Source: Dimorphilus gyrociliatus (Eukaryota > Animalia > Annelida). Taken from it: DNA of 64,000 bases. Positions within the stretch are counted from its first letter, which is position 1. Each line of letters opens with the position of its first letter. The notes below the pieces were generated by a model. The model was not told the DNA's origin. It did not search any database and saw nothing but the letters and a program-made list of their open reading frames with translations. Position numbers and translations under genes: made by a program. Below, piece by piece: positions 1 to 11,500 of the stretch. The stretch covers positions 288,964 to 352,963 of the forward strand of contig CAJFCJ010000026.1 of the NCBI GenBank assembly GCA_904063045.1, in the 5' to 3' direction.

Positions 1-1
1 A

Positions 2-532
2 CCTTCACCAAAGCGCCATCTAATGGACATTGAAGGAGAATCTACAAGCAGGAACAACGATAGCGATACGTCTATCACTGAGGAAGTAGAAAAGAGAAGA
101 AAGAGTAATTCTACTCCTCCAACTACAAACTCTCCTTCACCGTCCCTTACAGCAAATCCACCTACAAATACAAAATGTGCTTCGACAATCAGGCAGACAG
201 CCTCACCGTCAACTACTAGCCCTTCAGCAGCCCCGAATGTGACTGTGCTACCCCATCATACAACGCCTTTCATGGCAGCACCTTACTTGTATGGATATCC
301 TTTAGGATTTCGCCATGCGGCATTAGACTCCTTATCATATTTCCCCCTTTGGCCTGGTGCCGCTGCTCAAAGTTCCAATTTTTCACCATATTTCAACCCA
401 TCCACCGACCCTCTTCATCCATTTAACCTTTTATTGCCTAAATCTCAATTAACGTCACCAACGCCATGTAGTACATCTAAAGAAGAAAATGTTCAAGAAA
501 AAACTGAAATACCTAAAGCTATTGCTAGGTAA
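2..532 (+). CDS. 3' part of a gene running in from the left edge; Ser/Thr/Pro-rich low-complexity C-terminus, possibly of a transcription factor
   Basis: Frame 2 is open from the window edge (PSPKRHLMDIEG...) to the stop at 532. S/T/P-rich stretch plus a PYLYGYP/PFNLLLP segment; a long AT-rich UTR-like tract follows. No domain is visible. Confidence 0.55.
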   Translation, partial: PSPKRHLMDIEGESTSRNNDSDTSITEEVEKRRKSNSTPPTTNSPSPSLTANPPTNTKCASTIRQTASPSTTSPSAAPNVTVLPHHTTPFMAAPYLYGYPLGFRHAALDSLSYFPLWPGAAAQSSNFSPYFNPSTDPLHPFNLLLPKSQLTSPTPCSTSKEENVQEKTEIPKAIAR

Positions 533-1712
533 CGATGAACGTTAATTGATATATCAATAACATACAGTATGTTTATACATCATGTGTGTTATTTTATCTA
601 TATTGTATATAGATATTTATATATACAATCTAGCTAGTCATCACGATAATATTTATAGATATAACGCGTGTGACATTAACTTAGCTTACGTTTTCTGCAA
701 AGGCGAACTGTTCAAATAAGTAATTGGTGCTTTCCTGTGTGGTTTGAGAATATTTAAAATCTATGCAATGTCAACAGATATCTGAACGTCTGATTGTATT
801 ATGCATGTGTAAAAATGCTCGTGTATACTATATGTACATACCATACACAGAATAATTTATACTAAAGCTTTCGCACATTGATAATATATTGCTATATATG
901 CACTGAGTGAATACTGTATTCATTAAACGATACAACTAAATTATCTGGTTTAAAACAAAGAGATTATTATCGTTCATTTTGCGCCTGATTTAATAGAGAA
1001 TATAAATGGTAGTCCCTTTATTTAACATTTTTTTCAAAAAGTAATCACAAATGAATCGGTCGAATATCATTCTGATTACTTCCGATGTCCATAAACTTGA
1101 ATATCGTTATTACCCCACAAGCCTTCCAATTTACTCTTGAAGTGTTTTCTTCTCATCTGAAACCTTTAAATAGAAAAAAAATTTTAAATTAATTTTTTAT
1201 TATATAAATAACTCTATGTACACAATAAGAAAATCGTTAGCAGAATGTTGTTTATTTTTAAATATAGACTTTTTTGGAACTTTGATTTTCAGTTATAATT
1301 TCTGACAGATACTCCTTGTTTAGAACAAATAACTGAATAGAAATTTATATTAAGAAGTTATAGTCAAAACTATTAGTTATAAATGATAGCTTATAACTTA
1401 AAATATAATAATTGAAAATACAAGAGAGATATTTTTTGTCATGATAAAATGTAAATGCTGTTCATTTTAAAATTATAGGTCAGTAGTAATGACGTTTTCG
1501 ATCAGTTTATCAGCTATTTTTTGACAAGAAAGGATTCAAAACTTAGCCAGTCTTTCATATCAAAGTAATAATATCAAAAATTAAAAAAAAATTTATTGAG
1601 ATGAGTAGCATAGGGAAGAAATAGAGCAGACCCGTTGCATTGACGTATTCTTTTATATTGATTTGAATTGAAATTTTACTATTGCAACATATTAGTTTCT
1701 TTTGATCATAAA

Positions 1713-4148
1713 ATGTTTCGATACAATATTTTAATTTTACTGTTAATTTCTTCGATTGCAATAGGTTTGTAAATTACTGTATTAGTTTCTGTGGAACTAA
1801 TTAAAGTCAAAATAGGAGAAGATTGTAAACAGGGTAGCTCTTTGGATATTTGCTCAAGGACCATTGAAGGAAACTTTTCAAATGCTTCGACCTACTGCAG
1901 TTCTCACGGATATGCTCTTCTTGAACCGAGAAGTCGAGAAATATTAAACAAAGTATACAAATTTAATATAACGAATTTTTGGCTGGGTGTAAAGTTCGTT
2001 CCGTTATACAAATGGGTATCAGCTGACAGACACCCTTACAATGGTTGAAGAATAATTTTTTCTAAATGTTTGAACATGGCCATGATAATGATATATTTTA
2101 GGTCTTGAAATTTTTGATCGCTGGAACTTCAATAAAATCACTTTGGGAAGGTCTAAATATTGTGTGACAACCTTTAACAGAAAACTTGTAGGCATTCCAT
2201 GTGCTAATATGTTGTACTCAATTTGCGAATCCGGTTAGTAAATGATGTTTGAGTGATCTCCCTATTGATGTTTTCTGCAGAGAATGCTTGCGAGCAATCG
2301 TCTGATACATCCTTCTTCGACGTTAAAAGTCAAGTGTGTATCTATTTAATTTTTAAGAATCTTACATGGTTTGAATCTGTAATATATTGTAAACATAAAA
2401 CTTGGCGTCTTTTTCAACCGAGTGAATCAAAATTGACTTCTCTACAATTACGAGTACCCCTCGTAACTTTAAACAAGTTTTGGATTGACATGAAAAATTT
2501 TGCTTTAGAATGGATATCAGATGGTTATAGAAATATTTACATTATCTAGTTGTCAATTTTCAACTCAATTTCAGGTAATTCTGTTACCTTCACTAACTGG
2601 AAAACTAACTATCCTGATGTCGAAAACGATTGTGTGGCAGTATCCGGTCAGGAATGGATAACCCAAGACTGTTCCCTTAAGAATTACGTCGTTTGTTCTA
2701 AATTAGCTAAAGAAGTAACAAAAAGTCGTACACATATACAATATTTATTGTTAGTCAGATTGAATGAACATGTTATCACAGGTTTGCCAAAGACTACAAA
2801 TACAAAAGAATCCACAATATATTCTCATTCAAGTATAAATGATATATTTTAAGTATTTATAAGCTAGTGTCTTATTTTTTTTAGGATCCTTAGATTACAT
2901 TACACAAGAAACTAGTACCTACATAAGTATTAAGGGTTGTTTTTTTAATCTAAAAGCTAATAATTTAAACGAATCTTGTATTTAGATGATAAGAAGGATA
3001 AATTGACAACGTCAGGTTAGAAAATTTTTATTTAAACTTTTTAGCTTCGAAGTTGAAAGAGTAAAAAAATTGTCAATAATAAATGATAATAATCTCTATT
3101 TATCTGACCCGAGATTAATTTCTCTAACAAGACAAAAAGTTTGACAAGTCTTTATTGTAGTATTTTATTTTAGACACCAAATCGACTTTTATAAAAACTT
3201 CATTCGAAGGTAAATTGCCAGCTTATTTTTTTAATTCTGCTATACTAAATGTTTTTAGAGTTGATATCTACTCCAACTGCATTTGAACGAAAAGGTAAGG
3301 AATAGTCTTCTACTACAGTATATCTCAATTTAAAGTTTTAAATGAAATTGAAGATATAATAACAACTAAATTATCTACGAAAAGATCTAGTAAGAATATA
3401 TTTTTATACAACTGACAAATATATATATATTTATATATGTATTCATAATATGAAAGACAAAGAAATTTCTACAAGTCGTACTACTCCATTAGTTTTGAAA
3501 ATAGCAAATGGGAATTCTTCAGAGAGATTATGTAAGATGCCAAAATTTAATTTGAACTTAATTAAGTCTTACTTGTAGATCTAATTGGATTATGTGGAGC
3601 TTTATTTATTGTAATTTTTACAATTTCATTGGTCATATTCTTTTTCATGAAATTATCATATTTGAAGTTTGATTTATATCTTTTCACAAATAGTTAATTA
3701 CTATAAATCAAATCTTTTTTAATATAGAAAGAACATTGAAAAAAAGCCTCAAAAAAATTATTCAAATAATGAAACACAAACTTCGGATAACTTATCTCAA
3801 GGAAATGAATCGGGGAAAAGATCCAGTCTAGGGGAACCAGATAATTTCGTAGAAGATCCAATAGTTTTAAATGAATCTTATAAGCCGTCAACTAAACATT
3901 CAAATGTCAAATTTCGAGATGAAATGCCAAGTAATGAAAACATTTATGGAGATGTTCCGTTAGAAAATTTTAAAATGGAGACAATAGTTGAAGAGGAAGA
4001 TAATCTTAGAAGTCTAGATAGTGATGATCAGGTATATATTAGATGCTTAAAAAGACAATTTTATTACTTTTAAATTTTTCAGCTAGATAATATATTCAAT
4101 GGTTTTGAATCAGTCTCAATCAACGGTTCAGTGACAAATGATTATTAG
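1713..4148 (+). CDS. Multi-exon type I membrane protein with two C-type lectin-like domains, a Thr-rich stalk, a TM helix and a cytoplasmic tail
   Basis: Signal peptide MFRYNILILLLISSIAI from ATG 1713; 51-nt phase-1 intron 1765-1815. CTLD motifs ASTYC...FWLG...WV...C...C and ESVIYC...FWID...FTNW...DC...W...C...VVC. TM exon DLIGLCGALFIVIFTISLVIFFFM (about 3579-3650). Last exon ends TAG at 4148. Confidence 0.8.
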
Positions 4149-4772
4149 CTGACTTGATTAACATAAATATCTAACGATTTAATATAATTTAATAAAGCCA
4201 GAAAGCAACCCATCCAAAAACAAATTAAATCAATTTTGTCACAAAGTAATTTTTTTAAAACACTGTATTTATACTAATTTAATTTAATTTCAAATTAGTT
4301 TTAAAACATTATGTAAAAAGTTCACCGGCAAGTAGAATAATCCATGAAATGTTCAATTTGCTTCAAAAATATATATTTCTACGATAGATCAGTAAGTAAT
4401 TTAAATCTTCCAAGTATTGTTTTGATGCTGTTAAGAATTAACATGCGAAAACGCTTACTATTTAAAAAAAAAACAATATTCTTAGTCTCCTAATAAATAG
4501 CTTATTGAGTAGACATTTTTGTTTTTTATACTTTCAGTATAAAAATTAACATCCATTAGGCCTATTAAATTAACACTTACCATAGGCCTCAATGCATTTC
4601 AGTACATAAGTATTAAAGTACACGTGATTGTTGAGCAGTGCTATCTTTTGTGTCACGGTTGTAAAGTTAGTAGAGTATTTTGTGAAACGGTAAGAAAAAT
4701 CTAGCATATTAATAATTTAACGCTTAATAACGAACTAACTCCATTTTAGACTTGGTATTTTGAAGAAGTGAA

Positions 4773-5318
4773 ATGGCAAGTCAACTTAAACACAAATCTA
4801 TGGGGAAGCCACTGTCTCTACAGCCCGTAAATCAAAAATGGTATGAAAGCGTGGTCGATGACTTCACTTCAAGTATATCTAGTAACCTTGACCAGTTTGA
4901 TATAGAAGCATTTCTGGAAGATATAAGATGTAAGGGACATGTTAGTGCGTCAACTCCTAATCACTCTGCCTCACACGAAGAGTCTCCATTAAAAGTTCGC
5001 ATAGCTAAATCATCTGTACGTAATAGCTCTCAAAGACGAACTCAGCATCTAGATTCAAACCCGTCGAGCTGGATATCTCAGGTAAAAACCGTTAGAAGAG
5101 GAAAGGTTCCTTGGTATATTCGCCATTTAAAGATTCCCTTTCAAGAGTTTCGTTTCGAGCCAGTGCATCATGTCAAGCTGGTAAGAGCTAATTGTGCTTT
5201 TCTGAAAAAGACTTTCAGGGATTATGCAATTCGTAGAGCCGAAGAATGGTCTGAAGCCGCTCTTATTATGTCGGATTTAATCAATCCAACGGCAAGTAAA
5301 AGGCAAGATATCTCGTAA
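4773..5318 (+). CDS. Single-exon hypothetical protein (181 aa)
   Basis: Uninterrupted ATG-to-stop ORF, more GC-rich than its flanks, with an AATAAA-like signal downstream. No confident domain. Confidence 0.55.
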   Translation: MASQLKHKSMGKPLSLQPVNQKWYESVVDDFTSSISSNLDQFDIEAFLEDIRCKGHVSASTPNHSASHEESPLKVRIAKSSVRNSSQRRTQHLDSNPSSWISQVKTVRRGKVPWYIRHLKIPFQEFRFEPVHHVKLVRANCAFLKKTFRDYAIRRAEEWSEAALIMSDLINPTASKRQDIS

Positions 5319-5843
5319 CAAAGTCTTCAGAGAAGTAAGATAGCGGAAGCTTATGCTTTATTTTAAAAGTCTATGTTGTTTATGAGTTATTATAAATACA
5401 TTTGTAAAATGGCTATTTGAATAACAATTAATAGAGAATATAGATATATGTAGGATTTTATACGCAATATTATATCTCTCTAGAAATGCTGAATCTTTCA
5501 TAAATACAATTGTTTAGAGTAGAAGACTAGACTCTTAACAATTTTTCATAACAATTATGAGTCTATGATATTAAACATTAAATAATAAATATAATAATAT
5601 ACTGCATATATACAGTATATATATATACTGTATATATTTAATTTTAAAGATTCCTTCAATTTCGTACCAAACTGTCTTCCAGCGGGAATTATAAAAAACC
5701 TCTAACAAACAAATGTAGAATCATTCTTATTAGGTATTTATTACTAGGTTATGCAGGATTTTTTAACGTATTGAGTATTTTTACTTTAGAATAACAAACA
5801 GTTAGAAAATCTCAAATAAACTTTTAAAGCTGTGACCCTTCCT

Positions 5844-6302
5844 TCAAACTGTTGACGAATGATGGAGTAATTCATGTCTATGCAAATAAAATTTGGTAGA
5901 AAACTCGTCATGACAAATGTTGCAAACATAAAGGGGCCCTTGATGAGAATATTTTTCATGCTGCCTTAGAGTTTTCTTCAACTTAAAATTTTTTTCGCAA
6001 ATTCCGCAAGTCCAGTTATGAGCAGTCCAGTGACAAGCAAAATGTCGCTTTATAGACCAAATATTGCCGACATAATTACACTTAGAGCATTGGTATACTC
6101 TAACGCCATTCTCTTCTTTTTCACTCAATAAGATTGGCACTAGTCCTTCATGTGCATCTTGTAATTTTAATTGTTCATTCGAGTTAACTATTTCTTCATA
6201 TACACATCCAACGACAGAGTTTCCACACTCAAAAGACGCATCATTCTCTATCGACATTATGAACCTTACTCGATTTGAGTAGATAATATTGTTAACAGTC
6301 AC
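5844..6302 (-). CDS. C2H2 zinc-finger protein (three fingers); true start probably the internal Met of MSIEND
   Basis: YQCSKC...KRHFACH, WTCGICEKNF...LRQHEKYSH, YVCNICHDEF...LHRHELLH. Confidence 0.8.
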   Translation of the reverse strand: MTVNNIIYSNRVRFIMSIENDASFECGNSVVGCVYEEIVNSNEQLKLQDAHEGLVPILLSEKEENGVRVYQCSKCNYVGNIWSIKRHFACHWTAHNWTCGICEKNFKLKKTLRQHEKYSHQGPLYVCNICHDEFSTKFYLHRHELLHHSSTV

Positions 6303-6662
6303 GTGAATGTCATATGGATGATTTAGAAATGTTCGTATTTGATGGGAAAAACTTTTAATATTTATGCTGTTTTATGGAAGATCTTTGAATTCGTCCTAAT
6401 GTTGTAATTCACAAAATAAGATTTGAAATTTTCTCAAATGTTGATAAACATAAAATGTTCTGATGGTGTCTTAATTCTATTTTGTTTTCAAGTGTTTATA
6501 AAAACTGTCTAATTTTTTAATATTAGAAGTGTATTTTACCAATATGAAACAATTCATTATTAAACAACACATATCAATTATGTTATAAAAAGTTTTACTT
6601 TGACAAGTAACAAAAGTTTTCAATGAAAGAGATGATTCAATTCCATTGTTATACAATAGAGT

Positions 6663-7142
6663 TTAAAGTATTAATAATTTTTTATGAATTGAGTTTATGT
6701 GATATTTAGTATCACCTTTACGTTTAAATTTCTTGTTGCAGATCCGGCATTGGAAGTTATAAATGTTAGAATGTTTTAGGACATGCCTCTTAGTGTGATG
6801 TAAGTCACTGAAAAAAGAACATTTCAAGCATTTATAAACTTTTCGACCATTTAACACATCACTCCTAAAAGAATCTTTCAATAGTTCAAGCTGAATATCT
6901 AGCCGAATTATAAAACTTTCAATATATCTATTTCTATCTTTGGGGCTAAAAGTGGATTCATCCTTAGTATCGCTTATTGAAGTACTATTCTTCTTCCCCC
7001 TTTCCTCTAATGATTCACTTTCAATACACATAGGAAAGTCATCAATTCCCTCCAAAGGCCAGTTCCATTCTCCACTTTCGTTGTCAATTAGTGTTTCGTG
7101 CTGAATATCTAGTTTCTTAAACTGGTTAAATTCGCTACACAT
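6663..7142 (-). CDS. C2H2 zinc-finger protein (two fingers), likely paralogue of the neighbouring gene
   Basis: YKCLKC...KRHVLKH and FQCRICNKKF...TKYHINSIH after an acidic N-terminus. NGRKVYKC parallels NGVRVYQC in the neighbour. Confidence 0.75.
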   Translation of the reverse strand: MCSEFNQFKKLDIQHETLIDNESGEWNWPLEGIDDFPMCIESESLEERGKKNSTSISDTKDESTFSPKDRNRYIESFIIRLDIQLELLKDSFRSDVLNGRKVYKCLKCSFFSDLHHTKRHVLKHSNIYNFQCRICNKKFKRKGDTKYHINSIHKKLLIL

Positions 7143-8147
7143 ACTCTTTATTCTGTTTTAGAAATTAAAATTAATCAACTTTTATAATAATGAAAAAAAG
7201 TATATCGTTCTTAGCTTAAAATGCCATATAAAAATGACTATTTTAATGTTATGACGGTGTATAAAATTGCTACCAAAGGATCAGCATCAACAACAAACCT
7301 AATATTTTTTTAAATTATTGAACAATAGGTCTAGTCTTTCAAAAAATTACTTCTTAACTTTCTTATATTGTCATAGTAAATTAAAATTAAAATAAAAGAA
7401 ACTGAGTATGCAGTATATTAGAATATTATACTAGCACTAAGTTAATAAGTATTATCTAGTATATATGACTTTCAGTGGATACAGATTGATAATATTGATA
7501 ATTAAAATCCTAAACTAATAAGTTAATCATTAGTGAGTAGTATAATATATTAAAAGAAAAAACATAAACTAGCATTTTTGCTGTCAGGAAACTCTTCAAA
7601 CTTGTCTATAAAAACACACTTAAACTAGCTGCAAAAGTCTAGAAATAAAGCCTTACTAAAATTTTATCCTAGAATGAGCAGACCAGTAAAGCAATAAAAT
7701 TAACCCAAATAGTTGTAACTTTCTTAATAAGCAACAATTTTACGGTCGAATTTCTTCTGAATGTCTGTTCTGTGCACTTCTAATTGTCAGAGCGTCACCT
7801 GCGAACATAGTATATTCATTTACCAGATAGTACAAATAACAAATTATTAATAATCAATATTTCTTCGTCTCAAATTTCACCAAAAAGTCTATATTCCAAA
7901 GTCTAGCGACACTTCCCTTTTATATTTAGATTTATAAAGTTACACTTTATAAAATTAAATGCTTCCGTTAAATTTACGTGGCTTCTTATTATAAAATAAC
8001 TATAAATGAATAAACCATTTTTCTATTATTATAGATAGTTAATTATTTGTTATTATTTGTATCTTTACAGCTAAAATGATTACAAAAATTTCGTTTAGCT
8101 ATTTTAAACTGTTATTATAATGAATATAGTTAGAAACTATGGCTGAA

Positions 8148-8467
8148 CCGTTAAAAGTGAAAATGTACTTTTTAAATGTAATCAGTTTTTTGTTGATAGT
8201 TTAACTTTAAATAATATTTCTAAACTTTTCCCATATTATTAAGCTTATGGGTTGCCTGAATAACATTCAATTCGAAAAATAAAAAAATAATAAAGTATAT
8301 ATATAGAAATATGGCTTACATGTACTGAGATAATGATTATTAGAGGATTCCTATTCCGTGTTCAGTTTAGTTAACCGTTGCGAACCGGTTTGTTTTACCA
8401 GTTTTCAAAACGAACTTTGCGTCATCAAATTTTCAACCAATCAGAATACTTTCTTTCTGTACACGTG
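8148..8467. promoter_or_regulatory. Candidate promoter motifs between the divergent zinc-finger and RRM-Tudor genes
   Basis: MYB-type YAACGG on the minus strand (8148-8153, 8375-8380), TTCAAA CHR-like (8404-8409), CCAAT (8437-8441) and CACGTG (8462-8467), all within 430 nt upstream of ATG 8579. Short motifs, so chance is possible. Confidence 0.3.
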
Positions 8468-8578
8468 CCATTTTATTGCTTTCACAAATATTCAACATAA
8501 TTTGTTAATGCTAGGCAAGTATTAGTTACTATAATACAGTAAAATAACATTTATTTCGTAAACATTAATACAGAAAAG

Positions 8579-11500
8579 ATGAGGTCTAAAAATGGTGCTT
8601 GTCCTTTGCCAATTGAAGACAGCAGCGAAAGTGACGAAAGCAGCGATGAAAGCGAAGAAGAGGTCATTCTTTTTTTAACTAACTTCCCTCATTACTTTCG
8701 AGAGCATGATATGATGGACATATTTGAAAAATATGCATCTGTCCGACCGAGAGTCAAAATCACTAGAGATAGGTTTTTGAAGCGGATAGGTTTTGCAATG
8801 GTTGAGGAACATCTGGTTCCTAGAGTTTGTCGAAAACTCGATGGTTTACTATTGAACAAGAAAGGAAGAGAGAGGTTTGTAATAAAGATTGCACCTAAGA
8901 AAAAACGACGTCAGAGAAAGAGGAAGAAGCAATCTGGAAATGACGAAGATCTCTTTGAATTTCTTGGCTACTGCAGTAGTGAGGTAATTAAATATAAACT
9001 AAGAGATCTAATCTTATTCAGAACTACAAAGAGTTTCTTTTTGTCGGAAGTATCAGTACAAAGATAAGTTTATTTTTATATGTTTAATGAGTTTTTTTCT
9101 TAATTAAGACTGATGAAGACGAAACGCCAAACGAAGGAAAACCAGCTGATAAAAAGAAGGTAATTCAATTATATTTATTGTATACGCTTTCAAAGAATTT
9201 TCTTTACTTTTAGAAACCTCAGAAAGAGTGGGAATTTGACGAAAACTTTTTACTTGATTGGCATGATGAATATGGAGACACAGAAGAGGTGAAAAAATTG
9301 TCCATATTAAACACAAATAGAAAAAACAATTATTTGACACAGGTTACAAAAGATCGAAAAAAATTTTTGGAGAATCAGATAGAATATCCAATATTTCGAG
9401 GTTCTACGATAATTAAGGTCGAATAAAATACTTTTCACTTATAAAATATGATAATCGATATCAATAATTTTATACATTTTTAGCCCACGGATATTTCTTT
9501 AGGGAAAAATTGTTTATTTATTATATATAACAATGACGAATTCGTAAAGATTTGCTCGTTAATGCCTGAAAAGCCTATTAGAATATTTTCACCAATTATC
9601 TCGGAACTCGTTATTGTCATGCACAAAAAACAGTTATATAGAGGACTTGTGCAAGAGGTGAAGGACAATGGTAAATATGCTGTAAGACTCATTGATGTTG
9701 GAAAGACAATAAATACATCACGTTTTTTTGAAATATCGGAGGAACTAGCCATGATAAAACCTACATCAATTGAATGTGAACTATGTGGAATAGAGCCTCT
9801 CCGTTTGAACTCTGATTATATACTTCCGTATGCAACTGTTATCAGGAAACTTTTGAAAAGTCCAGCTGTTGAACTTGAAAGTCTTTTCTTTTACGAAGGT
9901 GTACATTATATAGATATTAAATTCCTTGACACTGGCTTAAAAATATCAAAGTGGCTTATAGATAAGCAAATAGTACAAAGACTGCCCATCAGAGGCTATT
10001 TTGAAGGGAGGATGTCCTTTGCAAAAGATCCTCACAAGATATTTATTCAATTTAATTCTTCTTTAATTAAATCAATTGACCGTGAGCTGTCTCAGGAAGA
10101 CTATGTAGAATCGTTAGATAATACTGGATACTATACTGGCAAGAAAGTACTTGCAGGCAGAAGAGAGAAAAATAAGAGATGGTTTAGAGTCATAGAGAAA
10201 AATTCAGGCCTTGGATATCTTCTTGATCGTGGGACAACATGTAAAATTTCAGAAGTCAAAAATCTTCCTGAAAACAAATTAACTCTATCTCCCCCTCAAG
10301 CATATCAATTCGAATTTAATCGGACGATCAACTCAAAAGAGAAAGAGATAATTAAGTCTTTTATTGGAAAGGACGTTTGGATAAAAGTGATCGGACCTAG
10401 AGTCATTGAAGAAATATATTGTTTCAATGATACTGATACGCCAGAAGTTGTAAAAAGTTGTCTGACAACAAATACAGATGATATAAAGACATGGAATATT
10501 AAATCCCAAAAGAAATTATTTATCAGTCTTAAAGAATTTAAATCTTTTCCTGATAATGGCTTCAGCAAGTGCTACAATAAAAAAAATGAATTATACTTGG
10601 AAAATACTCCAGTGCGTCGAATAGATTTAAAGTCGATTAAAGAAATTGACTTAGACACAAAATTTAAAGATGAATATTTTTCTGATTATAAATCAGTAAA
10701 GCAAATTAATTTACTCGAATTTTCCCAAGCTAATTCTAATTCTGTCGGGAAGCATTCATTCAAAAAAAGAGAGTCTTACATTTTTATTGATAAAGGACAC
10801 TTTACCCAAAACAACAAATTTGAATTGTGCGAAGAAACTGACTATTGTTTAGATATTGAAAGTGACACGTATGTGTCGGATAATGTACAACACATCAGCT
10901 CAGAAAGAGCAATCCCAAACAAAACATTTAGCCCTTCTGAGAAAGCCTCAATAGAAAAATCACCTGAGGGTTTAAGAATAAGAGTACCAGTAGCTTGTGA
11001 CGAAGAAAATATCTTCTTGCTAAATTCATCAACCAGTAAATGCCAAGAATGTTATATCATGCGAAACTATTATTCTTTTTATAAGGTAAATGAAGATATA
11101 AAGTCTACAATCACACGAATGGGTCACCGTACAAAGGAATTTCTTAATGGAGACTTGCTTGCTGTTAAAATTGATGGAATATGGCTAAGGGCCCAAAAAC
11201 AAGAGAACGGATTCTATTGTTTAGATTTATGCGCAACAATTCCAAAAGAAAGAGCGAGTCAAATTGATCTCCTACCTGAAAGTACTTTTAAAATTCCTTT
11301 GCTTTCCATTAAGGTAGAAATTGAGCGTTTACAAAACTTTCAACAAAACGACGTTATAAGAGTAAGATACATACAAATTTACAAGGATAGAATTGTTGCG
11401 AAGGAAATGGACAGCGATAAAAAAATACGTTAGTTTCAATTTTTAAAAAAAGAGCTTTTTTAAACATTTCTTATCGCGCTCTATTTTTCAGCCAAACCAG

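Noticed and set aside
1765-1785. Apparent 21-nt GT-AG micro-intron removing an in-frame TAA
   Set aside because: A downstream acceptor at 1815 gives a 51-nt intron in the same phase, which is typical for this genome.
9109-9127. CTGATGA-AGAC-GAAAC resembling a hammerhead ribozyme core
   Set aside because: No stem II or flanking stems; it lies in a coding exon (TDEDET). I saw no convincing hammerhead in the TE half either.
9104-10568. Minus-strand ORFs 9104-9340, 9480-9752 and 10305-10568
   Set aside because: Antisense shadows of the Tudor gene. The same applies to similar short ORFs opposite the PWWP, NTPase-TPR, TRPM, carboxypeptidase and Tc1 sequences.
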